A DNA stretch of 64,000 nt from positions 3,941-67,940 of the forward strand of contig FR893362.1 of the NCBI GenBank assembly GCA_000433315.1. The letters are read 5' to 3'. The stretch's first letter is position 1. Every line of letters starts with the position of its first letter. Below, in pieces: positions 16,779 through 27,038 of the stretch. Made by a program: the position numbers and the translations under genes. This DNA is from Firmicutes bacterium CAG:345. Its GTDB lineage: Bacteria > Bacillota_I > Bacilli_A > RFN20 > CAG-288. Below the pieces are notes generated by a model that did no database searches, had not been told where the DNA came from, and saw only the letters and a program-made list of their open reading frames with translations.

Positions 16779-17761
16779 TCTTCTTCTCCTATTAGCAAAC
16801 CATATAAATAATTATCTAAATCAAATTCTTGAAGATCATCAAATTTTTCACCCAATCCTATAAAACGCACAGGGACACCAATTTCATCTCTTATCGCTAG
16901 AATAATACCACCTTTACCTGTTCCATCCATTTTAGAAATTATAACACCAGTTAAATCAGTGCATTCTTTAAAAACTTTGGCTTGAACTACACCATTTTGG
17001 CCTGTATTAGCATCTATAACTAAAAACACTTCATGTGGTGCATCTGGAATTATTTTTTGAATAACCTTTTTCATTTTTCGAAGTTCATCCATCAAATAAC
17101 TTTTATTTTGCAATCTTCCAGCAGTATCAACAATAACTAAATCATAATTATCCTGAGTAGCTTTTTTTATACCATCATAAACAACACTTGCAGGATCAGA
17201 GCCCTCTGGTCCTCTCACAAGCTGACAATTCAATCTGTCTGCCCAAACTTGTAACTGTTCAACTGCAGCTGCTCTAAAAGTGTCACCTGCAATCAATAGA
17301 ACTTTTTTTCCACGATCTTGATATCTTTTTGTAAGTTTAGCGATAGTTGTAGTTTTACCAGAGCCATTTACTCCAACCATCATCAATACTGTTGGTCCAT
17401 TTTCTTTAAATTGAATATCTGTTCTTGTTTCTTCACCACGATTAACATAAGAAATAAACATCTTATCAACCAAAAGTTCATTAATTTTAGCTGGATCATC
17501 AATATGTTCCATTGCTGCTTCTTTTTCTGTTTCAGAAATTATTTCTGAAGTCAATCGTACACCAACATCAGCTTCGATTAATATTTCTTCTAATTCATCA
17601 AAATATTCAGAATTAATTTTGACATATTTTTTTGCTAAAGAATTCAATTTTGAAGAAAAATTTTTCCTTGATTTATCAAGCCCTGCAACATATTTTTCTC
17701 TTATTTCTTCTTGTTCTTTTTTGCCTTTAAATTTTTCTTTTAAATATTTGAATAATCCCAT
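16775..17761 (-). CDS. ftsY: signal recognition particle receptor FtsY
   Basis: GVNGSGKTTTIAKL, DTAGR and the NG domain. Confidence 0.92.
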   Translation of the reverse strand: MGLFKYLKEKFKGKKEQEEIREKYVAGLDKSRKNFSSKLNSLAKKYVKINSEYFDELEEILIEADVGVRLTSEIISETEKEAAMEHIDDPAKINELLVDKMFISYVNRGEETRTDIQFKENGPTVLMMVGVNGSGKTTTIAKLTKRYQDRGKKVLLIAGDTFRAAAVEQLQVWADRLNCQLVRGPEGSDPASVVYDGIKKATQDNYDLVIVDTAGRLQNKSYLMDELRKMKKVIQKIIPDAPHEVFLVIDANTGQNGVVQAKVFKECTDLTGVIISKMDGTGKGGIILAIRDEIGVPVRFIGLGEKFDDLQEFDLDNYLYGLLIGEEE

Positions 17762-18465
17762 TAGTTCACCTTTCTTGTCAATGCATCACCAGCAGCCTCT
17801 TGTTGTGCTATTTTTTTATTTGTGCCTTCACCAACGCCAAGAATAACGCCATCATAAATAACTGCAACTTTATAATGTTTCTTTTGTGCATTTCCTTTTT
17901 CTTCAATTACTTTATACTCTATTTTACCATGTCCTTGACTCTGTAATAATTCTTGAAGTCTTGTTTTATTATCCGTGATATTTTCTTCTGTAACATTATC
18001 GAATTGTGGCAAAAACAAATCAGATATAAACTTATAAACATATTCATAATTATGATCCAAATACATAGCCCCTAAAAAAGCTTCAAACATATCTTCTTTT
18101 AATTTATTTCTATCTAAAGAATTATTTTGTTCACCATTAGACAAACGTGCAAACCTTAAAATATCTAATTTATCAGCTAATTTTGCAAGAAAAGCACCAT
18201 TGACAAAATAAGAACGCAATTTTGATAAAGTTCCAGAACGACTATTAGGAAAATGTTTATATAAAAGGTCAGCGAGAACAATATCTAGTACACTATCACC
18301 TATAAATTCTAGTCTATCATAATCATTTTTAGCATCTGGATGTTCATTGATATAAGAAATATGAGTTAAAGCTGCACTATAAAGATTAATATTATTATAA
18401 GAAACACCTATATCTTCAAAAAATTTTATAAATTTTCTATTCATGAAACTCTTTTTTAATTGCAT
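17761..18465 (-). CDS. rnc: ribonuclease III
   Basis: ERLEFIGDSVLD catalytic signature and a C-terminal dsRBD. Confidence 0.9.
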   Translation of the reverse strand: MQLKKSFMNRKFIKFFEDIGVSYNNINLYSAALTHISYINEHPDAKNDYDRLEFIGDSVLDIVLADLLYKHFPNSRSGTLSKLRSYFVNGAFLAKLADKLDILRFARLSNGEQNNSLDRNKLKEDMFEAFLGAMYLDHNYEYVYKFISDLFLPQFDNVTEENITDNKTRLQELLQSQGHGKIEYKVIEEKGNAQKKHYKVAVIYDGVILGVGEGTNKKIAQQEAAGDALTRKVN

Positions 18466-19420
18466 CGACCATATGATTTTTGCACATTTTATAAGCCATA
18501 ATTAAAGCATGTTCAAAAGCATATCCGTCAGAATTGCCATGTGCTTTAACAGCTACTTTATTCAATCCCAATGCAATCGCACCTCCAACTTTTTTATAAT
18601 TCATTATTTCTTTCATATGTTTAAAACCACGGCGGGCAAGTAAATATCCAATTTTTGAAAAAATATTCTCGCTAAAAGCATTTTTTATAAGCATATTCAT
18701 ATTAGATGCCATTCCTTCGCTAGCTTTAAGATAAATATTTCCAGGAAATCCAGCAGAAACTACAACATCTCTTTTTCCATCCATAACATATCTTGCTTCA
18801 ACATTTCCTTGAAAATTAATCGATGAATCTTCTTTTAATAATTTATATGCGCCTTTTACATAATCAGGTCCTTTTCCTTCTTCAGCACCATTATTTAGAA
18901 GATAAACACTAGGATTTTCAATATTCCACATTGTACTAGAATAAATTTTACCTAATTTTGCAAAGCAAGCCAATTCCTCCGCCGTATTTTCATTAGAAGC
19001 ACCAATATCTAATATAGCAACATATTTTCCTTTTTTTACTGTTAAAAAAGGAGCGCAAAGTCCAGCGCGTAAGACACCTTCAACATTTTTTACAATCAAT
19101 GTAGTCAAAGTTAAAAAGCCTCCTGTGCTTCCAGCAGAAACTACGCCATCCAAATCTTCATCAACTGTACATTGAACAGCTTTCATCATAGATGAATTTT
19201 TCATTCTCAACACTTTAAGAGCTCCAACTTCCATAGGGACTATCTCCTCAGTGCCATGAATAATAACATTTTCTTCAGTAAAACTCTCTTTTAAAATATT
19301 TTCATCTCCAAAAAGATGAAGTTCCACATCATCATAATCTTTTAAAAGAGCTTTTACACCAGGAATTAATCCTGTTGGTCCAAGATCAGAACCCATCATA
19401 TCAATAGCTAATCTTACCAT
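18437..19420 (-). CDS. plsX: phosphate acyltransferase PlsX
   Basis: PlsX family: RLAIDMMGSDLGP at the N-terminus and the GNxD motif region. 327 aa. Confidence 0.9.
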   Translation of the reverse strand: MVRLAIDMMGSDLGPTGLIPGVKALLKDYDDVELHLFGDENILKESFTEENVIIHGTEEIVPMEVGALKVLRMKNSSMMKAVQCTVDEDLDGVVSAGSTGGFLTLTTLIVKNVEGVLRAGLCAPFLTVKKGKYVAILDIGASNENTAEELACFAKLGKIYSSTMWNIENPSVYLLNNGAEEGKGPDYVKGAYKLLKEDSSINFQGNVEARYVMDGKRDVVVSAGFPGNIYLKASEGMASNMNMLIKNAFSENIFSKIGYLLARRGFKHMKEIMNYKKVGGAIALGLNKVAVKAHGNSDGYAFEHALIMAYKMCKNHMVDAIKKEFHE

Positions 19421-19566
19421 AATATCTACCTCATTTACCTTAAGTATATTATCATTAAATTAAAAATTTTTAAACTGCATTACAAAATAAAATCATTTAT
19501 TAAATAAAAATGAATATAAAATATAAAAGCAAACATAATAACTTTGGTTGAATAGAAAGGACAAAT

Positions 19567-19758
19567 ATGAAAAAAGCAAACAAAACCAAAGTTACATGCC
19601 GACCATGTAAAGAAGAAAACAATTGGGAGATAGAAGCCCCAAATGGAAAAGTTTTATCAAAGCACTACAATACTAAATCAGAATGCGTTAAAGCCGGCAG
19701 ACAATATGCTGCTGAATGCGGTGCAACTTTATATATTGAAGATTACGATAAAAAATAA
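19567..19758 (+). CDS. DUF2188-family small protein
   Basis: 63 aa. The W...NG....S..Y.TK.E...AGR..A...G..L.I. pattern is typical of DUF2188. Confidence 0.45.
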   Translation: MKKANKTKVTCRPCKEENNWEIEAPNGKVLSKHYNTKSECVKAGRQYAAECGATLYIEDYDKK

Positions 19759-19770
19759 TAACTAACATAT

Positions 19771-19812
19771 AAAAACTCCTTGGTTAAAAATATAACCAAG
19801 GAATTTTTTATT
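19771..19812. terminator. bidirectional rho-independent terminator
   Basis: 9-bp stem tccttggtt/aaccaagga (19777-19785 / 19794-19802), with T-runs on both flanks. It serves the plus-strand small gene and sits after the minus-strand 1022-aa ORF stop. Confidence 0.6.
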
Positions 19813-22800
19813 TACCCCAACTAGATTTAAAAGTAACTTCTCCATCAGCACTTAGCGTTAGTGTAATGAATAAGCTGCTATTTCCAATATAAACAACTAT
19901 AGAGTAAGTCGCTGATCCATCTGCATTTCTTACAATATTTTGACGGATGTTATCAGAAGTTAACGAAACACAATCAAATGAAGTTGTACCATCCTCATTC
20001 ATTTGATATCCGGTCAAATACATTAAACCATCTTCAAAAGTAAATGTGTAGATAACGTCATCAGTTTCACCTTCTATTTCATAAATTCCATTGAATTGCG
20101 TGTAGAAATCAGAATAGAAAACTTCACCAGACAATATAGGATTAGAAGAGAGGGTACCAACAATATTTCCAGAAACAACTTCAACTGTAAAATCAATATT
20201 CAAGACATAAACGAATTCATTGAAATAATAAACCGATAATTGATTGATAATTGCAGTTCCATTATTGTCAGAATCTAAATCAACACTAACAATATCTTGG
20301 CCAACTAAATATGTCATTCCATTTTCAACAACATAATCTAAGCTTTCATATTCATAGTGCAAATCACCACCATCTAAAACAGCACCTGAACTGGAAATAT
20401 TCAATGTATAATTTGTGCCATATCCATAATCGATCCAAGTTCCATAAAAATTAAAATATGAACTCTTATGCAATGTCATATTGGATAATGAAGATCCGCC
20501 ATTATAATAGCAAAGTAACTCAGTTCCATCACCAATAAGAATATAAGCAGGTTTCCCTTCAATAAGAGCATAAAAAGATGCACTCTCACTAACAAAAAAT
20601 AGACTTGCTTCAATTGGAGTAGATTCAACGCCATCAACAATTGTCTTAAATGTCATCACCAAATGATTTTCGGCATTATCAGGATCTTCAGCAATTGTAT
20701 CTTGCTTGATAGTAATAACAATCGAGTCGCCATTTCTATCAATTATTTTCCAAGTTCCAGTAACATCGCTTTCATATTGATCAAAGGCGCTTCTTAAAAC
20801 TGCATAATATGTAGGAGTAGAAGATGAACTGGAAATAAGATTTATAACTAATGTATCACTATATACTTCTTTGTTGATAGTTGGTTCATAATCTAAACGA
20901 TAATTATTACCACCATCAGTAAATGATAAATTACCATATTTATCAACTGTAATATTAACTTCTTTCTTATTATGACTTAAATCGTAATAAGTCATAGTTA
21001 ATTTTTCTTTTCCACCAATACTTTTTATAGCAAAAGATAAATCTTCATAGAAATAAGTTGAATTTTGAAAATCGCTAACTGGTAAAACCAATTCTTCAAA
21101 TATATATGAATAATTAGCATTTAAATCAAATACTTCAGAACCATTTAAAGTAAAACGATAATTGTTTTTATTAGATATATTAATTGCTAGAACATCACTT
21201 CCAGAAGTAACATTAATAACATTTGGTTTATTTAAATCAAATGAATAAGTATATTCACCCGAAACAACACCATCAAGAATAGAATTATCTGAAAAAGCAA
21301 TAAATTTATGTTTGAAAATTTTCAAAACATTATCTGCTAGTTCTTTATTAATAAGACCTTCAGAAACAAATTGTCCGTTTTCTAAAGTATAAATAGAAGC
21401 AAAATTATAACTATTTTGAACTAAATATTTTTCTTTTCCTTCATCAGTAAATCTAATCGCCATCTGTGCTTTAGATTTATTATCTAATTTTATAAAAGCA
21501 TAATCATAAGAATAATTTTTTCCATTAAAAGTTAAGCTTTCATCATTGATAGTTAAAGAAGCATCATTTCCTTTGCACCACGTTTCATTATCAAAAAGAT
21601 TTGTGTAATTCTTTAATCTCACATTTGAAACAATAGTTTTATCATTTTCCAAAACTTCAAGATAAATAGCAACACCTATTGCTGAATTAGAATCAAAACG
21701 TGTTGATAAAACAAATTTCTTTCCATCAGCTTCAAAATAATATCCATAAGATCCATCGCTAAAAATATCAATTTTTGGAGTATATATACCACCATTATAA
21801 ATAACCGAAAGAGTTCCATCACTTTCAAGTTTTGTTTTAAATGAATAATCGGCATTAGAAACACCAATAGTATTTAAAGAAGATGGGATACTATCCGAAG
21901 TCAAAAGACCTTCAAAAGGTGTATATGGTATTGTATAAATAGTTTTATCAGATTTACCACTTTCATAATCATAATATTTAACAATAGAACTCTTATCTTG
22001 ATATAAAAATTCAGCTACTTTATTGCCTTTTTCATCAGATAAAGTAAATCCAACATTTTTTTCTGAAGAGGTTGCAGATAAAATATTATAAATAGTATAT
22101 GTATATTTATTTCCATTCATGTCGATGGCAGTTTGATCTTCTAGATTCATACTGTAACCCAAATTGCCACTAACAAATAATGTTTGAGAATAGATCTTAG
22201 CGATATCAGGACTATTGACGTTACCAGTCAATTTAATCCATTCTCCGTCAACTTCTTCCTCATACATAATAAATGATTTAATAGTACTATCAACTAATCT
22301 TTGTTCATAAACACGATAATTAGTACCATCTACAACAAAAGAGAAATACACTCTTTCATATTTATCTGTAGAATCAATTAATTTTCCAGAAGAATACATT
22401 AGATAACTTCCAAGCTCTGCTGTAACAGTTGCTGAAACATTTTCAAATTTTATTCCTTTGGAATCACTAGTTGGTAAAACACCAGAAACCAAAACATTTT
22501 TATTGCTGTCTTCATGTATATTAACTGATTCATTTTCATCATGAATCCAATTTCCAGTTAAAGAATCATAAGAAATTAATTTTGCTTTTAAAGAAATATC
22601 TGCATAAAGAGGATATTCAGCTGAATAATAATATTCAGCATCTCCAATAGATAAAACATAACTGTTTGATAAAACAACATTATTTTGTTGATTTATTACC
22701 TTAGCATCGGAAGAGCTGAAGTTTTCACCATATCCAATCTTAGTAACATCAGTATAAGTTGTTCCATCAGAATTATAATTTAATAAAGTAACAGTTAATT

Positions 22801-22876
22801 CTTTATGAGTTGTTGGAATAACTTTTAATTCCACACTATCATTTGCTATAGCCCAGTTTTCTTTGCTCCACGGCAT
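19808..22876 (-). CDS. large secreted or surface beta-rich protein (1022 aa) with no signal peptide or ribosome-binding site of its own; in frame with the upstream Glug lipoprotein ORF
   Basis: Rich in S/T/N/Y/G, and no Shine-Dalgarno sequence before its ATG. It shares a reading frame with ORF 22922-24319 and is separated from it only by one TAA plus 15 stop-free codons. Confidence 0.55.
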   Translation of the reverse strand: MPWSKENWAIANDSVELKVIPTTHKELTVTLLNYNSDGTTYTDVTKIGYGENFSSSDAKVINQQNNVVLSNSYVLSIGDAEYYYSAEYPLYADISLKAKLISYDSLTGNWIHDENESVNIHEDSNKNVLVSGVLPTSDSKGIKFENVSATVTAELGSYLMYSSGKLIDSTDKYERVYFSFVVDGTNYRVYEQRLVDSTIKSFIMYEEEVDGEWIKLTGNVNSPDIAKIYSQTLFVSGNLGYSMNLEDQTAIDMNGNKYTYTIYNILSATSSEKNVGFTLSDEKGNKVAEFLYQDKSSIVKYYDYESGKSDKTIYTIPYTPFEGLLTSDSIPSSLNTIGVSNADYSFKTKLESDGTLSVIYNGGIYTPKIDIFSDGSYGYYFEADGKKFVLSTRFDSNSAIGVAIYLEVLENDKTIVSNVRLKNYTNLFDNETWCKGNDASLTINDESLTFNGKNYSYDYAFIKLDNKSKAQMAIRFTDEGKEKYLVQNSYNFASIYTLENGQFVSEGLINKELADNVLKIFKHKFIAFSDNSILDGVVSGEYTYSFDLNKPNVINVTSGSDVLAINISNKNNYRFTLNGSEVFDLNANYSYIFEELVLPVSDFQNSTYFYEDLSFAIKSIGGKEKLTMTYYDLSHNKKEVNITVDKYGNLSFTDGGNNYRLDYEPTINKEVYSDTLVINLISSSSSTPTYYAVLRSAFDQYESDVTGTWKIIDRNGDSIVITIKQDTIAEDPDNAENHLVMTFKTIVDGVESTPIEASLFFVSESASFYALIEGKPAYILIGDGTELLCYYNGGSSLSNMTLHKSSYFNFYGTWIDYGYGTNYTLNISSSGAVLDGGDLHYEYESLDYVVENGMTYLVGQDIVSVDLDSDNNGTAIINQLSVYYFNEFVYVLNIDFTVEVVSGNIVGTLSSNPILSGEVFYSDFYTQFNGIYEIEGETDDVIYTFTFEDGLMYLTGYQMNEDGTTSFDCVSLTSDNIRQNIVRNADGSATYSIVVYIGNSSLFITLTLSADGEVTFKSSWGK

Positions 22877-22921
22877 TGCTGAAAAATCTTGAAGATAAAA
22901 TTCATTTTTACTGGAATAAGA

Positions 22922-24319
22922 TTAAAAACATAAAGAAAAATCACCATATCCAGCACCTAAAAGGTAATAAGATACATCATCTTGAGAAACATAAGTTGAT
23001 TGATAGAAATTACCATCAAATAAGGATGCGTAAATCTTAGAATCTTCCGAAAGATAAGCTACTAATCCGCCTAATGTAGCCGTTCTATAATTTCCTAAAT
23101 AAGCTCCTGAATAACTCTGTGAAATAAATGAATTATTAGAAGCATAACCAACTAATCCACCAATAAGACTTCCACCAACTACTTCTCCTTTAACTAAGCA
23201 AGAATCTATTGTAGTATCTTCTATTTCACCAACTAATCCACCTACAGTAGCCCGTGACGCTCCTTTATAACCAATATCAATATTGACATTAAGTTCAATC
23301 CCAACTAAAGTAGAATTTATTGCTCTGCCTGCTAAACCACCAACTTTGGAATTATTGATATTGGCATTTTTACTGCTAACTGCAATATCTAACTTCAAAT
23401 TACTAATTTGGGCATTAATCAATTCAGTGAAAAAACCAACAGATGAATTTTGTGATGCTGGAGAAATAGTAATTCCAGAAATCTTATTTCCATTGCCATC
23501 TATAATGCCTGAAAATACAGGAAATCCGGAAAATTTATCTTCTTCCGTTAATTCAATATTATTTTCAAGAGAATAATAACCAGTAGAGTAATTTACTCCA
23601 TTTTTATAAGAACCATTAGATATCAATTTAGCTAATTCAATAATATCAGTTTTAGTTTTTAATAAGAAAGGAGAAGAAGATGTTCCATCTCCTTCAAGTT
23701 CATATGTAAAATTAGGTGTTAACCTAATATCTGAAGTTATAGCAGAAGCAAAAATAAACTCTTTTCCATCGAGCAACCAGTTATTAAAAGTAAAGTGCTC
23801 TGGTGCTTCAATCGCAGGAGCTTCGCTTGCTTTTATAGAATTTCCATAAACAACTTTTTTTACTTCTAAAACATTATTATCAGAATCAAGATATGTAACA
23901 GAATAATAATAACGTGCTTGCAAAGTAATACGTGAATTTATCGGTGTATTCTCATCAAAAGGTTTTCCTTGATAATACCATCCAGCAAACTCATGTCCTG
24001 AACCATCATCAATTACTTCAGGAAATTCAGCTATTTTTCCACCTTTTTCAACGGATGTACTTCCTAAATTTGTTGAACCATTTTGATCAACAAATGTTAC
24101 GACATAAGTTCTAACATTCGGATTAGAAGAAATAGATGAAGTAGAACTCGAACTCGAAATAGTAGAAGAAATGCTTGATGAAGTTGACGTTGAGATAGAT
24201 GAAGAAGATGATGAAGTAGAACTTGAACTATTTGGTTTATTGCAAGATGCTAATCCTAAAGAAAGTATTCCAGAAGCAAGTAATATTGTCCAAATAGAAA
24301 CTTTGAATTTATTTTTCAT
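22922..24319 (-). CDS. lipoprotein with a Listeria-Bacteroides (Flg_new) repeat and Glug-type repeats
   Basis: Signal peptide plus lipobox LGLASC, a poly-Ser/Thr linker, EFAGWYYQGKPF (Flg_new-like), and multiple GGLAG/GGLVG Glug motifs. Confidence 0.6.
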   Translation of the reverse strand: MKNKFKVSIWTILLASGILSLGLASCNKPNSSSSTSSSSSSISTSTSSSISSTISSSSSTSSISSNPNVRTYVVTFVDQNGSTNLGSTSVEKGGKIAEFPEVIDDGSGHEFAGWYYQGKPFDENTPINSRITLQARYYYSVTYLDSDNNVLEVKKVVYGNSIKASEAPAIEAPEHFTFNNWLLDGKEFIFASAITSDIRLTPNFTYELEGDGTSSSPFLLKTKTDIIELAKLISNGSYKNGVNYSTGYYSLENNIELTEEDKFSGFPVFSGIIDGNGNKISGITISPASQNSSVGFFTELINAQISNLKLDIAVSSKNANINNSKVGGLAGRAINSTLVGIELNVNIDIGYKGASRATVGGLVGEIEDTTIDSCLVKGEVVGGSLIGGLVGYASNNSFISQSYSGAYLGNYRTATLGGLVAYLSEDSKIYASLFDGNFYQSTYVSQDDVSYYLLGAGYGDFSLCF

Positions 24320-24334
24320 AGATTCTCCTTTTTA

Positions 24335-24586
24335 TTAATGAAGCCATAAATACATAAGAAATATGGCTAATGAGAACGCAGCAATAACAATTAGAAAAAT
24401 AGGTGCATAAATAGAAAACGCAGCGCGAATCATCGCCCAGCGTTCTCTAAATGTTATCTTCAAATCATCTGCTTTTTTATTTTTTTTACGATCATGCCAT
24501 TTAAAACCTTCGATATCCATATTATAAACAGTATGACCATCATCGACATATTTTGGTTTCTTTTCTTTTTTATTTTTCATAAGCAA
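24335..24586 (-). CDS. small membrane protein with a basic N-terminus and a C-terminal transmembrane helix
   Basis: 83-aa ORF, 4 nt downstream of oppF. Confidence 0.4.
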   Translation of the reverse strand: MLMKNKKEKKPKYVDDGHTVYNMDIEGFKWHDRKKNKKADDLKITFRERWAMIRAAFSIYAPIFLIVIAAFSLAIFLMYLWLH

Positions 24587-24590
24587 GAAA

Positions 24591-25841
24591 CTATTTATCT
24601 TTTTTATTTAATTTTTTTATAAAATTCTTAACATCCAATTTTTTCTTAGGTTCTTCTAGAACTTCTTCTGTCACTGGATGATTCTTTTTCTCTTCCTCTT
24701 CCGCTAATTTCTTAGCTTCCAATTCTTTATTTTTTTCTAACATATATTCATCATATAAGTGACAAGCTACAAAATGATCTTTACCATGTTCTAAATAACG
24801 CGGTGCACAAACCTTACAAACTTCCATGCAAGAAGAACATCTTGTGTGGAATTTACATCCCTTAGGAGGATTAGCCGGTGAAGGAATATCTCCTTCGAGA
24901 ATAATTCTATTCATCTTAGCATCAGGATTTGGTACTGGTACTGCAGAGAATAAAGCTTTTGTATATGGATGTAATGGATTTTTAAAAATTTCTTGTGTAT
25001 TTCCAAGTTCCATCATGTTTCCTAAATACATAACTAAAATTCGATCAGTAATATATTTAACAACCGATAAATCATGGGAAATAAACACATATGTCAAGCC
25101 CATCTTATTTTGCAAATCTTTTAAAAGATTGATAATTTGAGCTTGAATGGAAACGTCAAGAGCTGAAACTGGTTCATCGCAAATAACAAGTTTTGGATTA
25201 ACTGCTAAAGCTCTAGCAATACAAATTCTTTGACGTTGTCCACCAGAGAACTCATGTGGATAGCGATCATAATATTGAGGTTGTAATCCACATAAAGACA
25301 TGATCTTATGAACATGTTCTTTAACTTTATCTTTCGGAACAATTTGATGAACTTTTACAGCTTCGGAAATAATAGCTCCAACTGTCATTCTAGGTGGTAA
25401 AGAAGAATAAGGATCTTGGAAGATAAGTTGCATATCAACTCTCATCTTCAACAAATCTTTTTTCTTAATCTTTGCTAAATCCTTGCCTTCGAAGAAAACT
25501 CGACCACCTGTAATTGGATATAATCTAAGTATAGTTCTACCTAAAGTAGTTTTACCACAACCAGATTCACCAACAACACCAATTGTTTGTCCTTTCTTTA
25601 CTCCAAAAGAAACATCATCTACTGCACGTAAATATGAACTAGGCCTTCCAAATACATCAGGATTTAATGGAAAATATTCTTTTAAATGTTGAACTTCCAA
25701 AATATATTCAGGATTAGGTTCACTATATTCATTATTATCGTTAATAATTTTACCTTTTTTTATAATCAATTCATCAGAAGTAGATGCTTTTTTATCAACT
25801 TTATTATTTTTCATCATTTCCTCCTTTGTTTTGATTATCAT
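24591..25841 (-). CDS. oppF: oligopeptide ABC transporter ATP-binding protein (OppF-like) with a long charged C-terminal extension
   Basis: Walker A GESGCGKTT, signature LSGGQRQR, Walker B LVICDEPVSALD, and a C-terminal oligopeptide (HPYT) domain. Confidence 0.85.
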   Translation of the reverse strand: MIIKTKEEMMKNNKVDKKASTSDELIIKKGKIINDNNEYSEPNPEYILEVQHLKEYFPLNPDVFGRPSSYLRAVDDVSFGVKKGQTIGVVGESGCGKTTLGRTILRLYPITGGRVFFEGKDLAKIKKKDLLKMRVDMQLIFQDPYSSLPPRMTVGAIISEAVKVHQIVPKDKVKEHVHKIMSLCGLQPQYYDRYPHEFSGGQRQRICIARALAVNPKLVICDEPVSALDVSIQAQIINLLKDLQNKMGLTYVFISHDLSVVKYITDRILVMYLGNMMELGNTQEIFKNPLHPYTKALFSAVPVPNPDAKMNRIILEGDIPSPANPPKGCKFHTRCSSCMEVCKVCAPRYLEHGKDHFVACHLYDEYMLEKNKELEAKKLAEEEEKKNHPVTEEVLEEPKKKLDVKNFIKKLNKKDK

Positions 25842-27030
25842 ATAAATGGCAATAAACTAAATGAGTTGGCGATACATTAGATATTGTTGGATAATGACCA
25901 TCGCATGCTTTTGTACAACGATTGCAACGATCTTTAAAGAAACAATAATCTGGCATATTAATCGGATTAGGAACTTGTCCAGGAATCGAATAAAGTGGCT
26001 CATTTGCATCTGATGTAATGAGTGGTTTACTCTTTTGTAACCCTATTGTATATGGATGTTTCGGTGTATAGAAAATTTCACGAACAGTTCCTTTTTCAAT
26101 AACACGCCCAGCATACATAACAACAACTTCATCAGCCATTTCTGCAATAACACCCAAATCATGCGTAATGAGCATGATAGCACAACCTGTTTTCTTTTGG
26201 ATACTCTTTAATAGATCAAGAATTTGAGCTTGAATAGTAACATCAAGAGCAGTTGTAGGCTCATCAGCAATAATTAGTTTCGGATTACCTGACAAAGCCA
26301 TAGCAATCATAACACGTTGTCTCATACCACCAGATAATTCATGTGGATATGAATTATAGACGCGTTCTGGCATAGAAATACCTACAGTTTTAAGCATTTC
26401 AATACTATGTCTTTTTGCTTCTTCTTTCGATGTTTCAGGATAATGGATAAACATAACTTCATCCATTTGATTACCGATTGTAAAAATAGGATTTAAGCTT
26501 GTCATCGGTTCCTGGAATATCATTGTAATATCTTTACCACGGACATTATACATTTGTTTTGTCGGCATTTTAGCAATATCATATGCTAATTTGTTGCCAT
26601 TTTCATCTTCGCCAAGATCATCGGAATTAAACCTAATTTGACCACCGACAACTTGACCTTGTGGCGATTGAACAAGTTGCATAATAGATAATGAAGTAAC
26701 TGATTTACCACAACCTGATTCACCAACAACACCGACAATTTTTCCTTTTGGAATATTAAAGGAAACTTTGTTGACAGATTTAACTGTACCATTATCAGTA
26801 AAGAAGACTGTCTCTAAGTCTTCAATTTCAATAATATTATTCTTATCCTTCATCGTTGTAATATAATTAGAAGGATCTGTATTTTTCTTTTTTAAATTTT
26901 CGTAGTACCGCATTTGTTGAATATTATGCTTTAAAATATTGCGGCTTTCTTTTAAAGTCATGTAATTAGAGTTCTTTTTTCCTTCTTTCTTTTTATTAAG
27001 AAGATTTTTGAAAGTAGTTACTAATTTCAT
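25804..27030 (-). CDS. oppD: oligopeptide ABC transporter ATP-binding protein (OppD-like)
   Basis: GESGCGKSVT, LSGGMRQR, IIADEPTTALD, HPYT. Confidence 0.85.
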   Translation of the reverse strand: MKLVTTFKNLLNKKKEGKKNSNYMTLKESRNILKHNIQQMRYYENLKKKNTDPSNYITTMKDKNNIIEIEDLETVFFTDNGTVKSVNKVSFNIPKGKIVGVVGESGCGKSVTSLSIMQLVQSPQGQVVGGQIRFNSDDLGEDENGNKLAYDIAKMPTKQMYNVRGKDITMIFQEPMTSLNPIFTIGNQMDEVMFIHYPETSKEEAKRHSIEMLKTVGISMPERVYNSYPHELSGGMRQRVMIAMALSGNPKLIIADEPTTALDVTIQAQILDLLKSIQKKTGCAIMLITHDLGVIAEMADEVVVMYAGRVIEKGTVREIFYTPKHPYTIGLQKSKPLITSDANEPLYSIPGQVPNPINMPDYCFFKDRCNRCTKACDGHYPTISNVSPTHLVYCHLYDNQNKGGNDEK

Positions 27031-27038
27031 ATTTTCAC

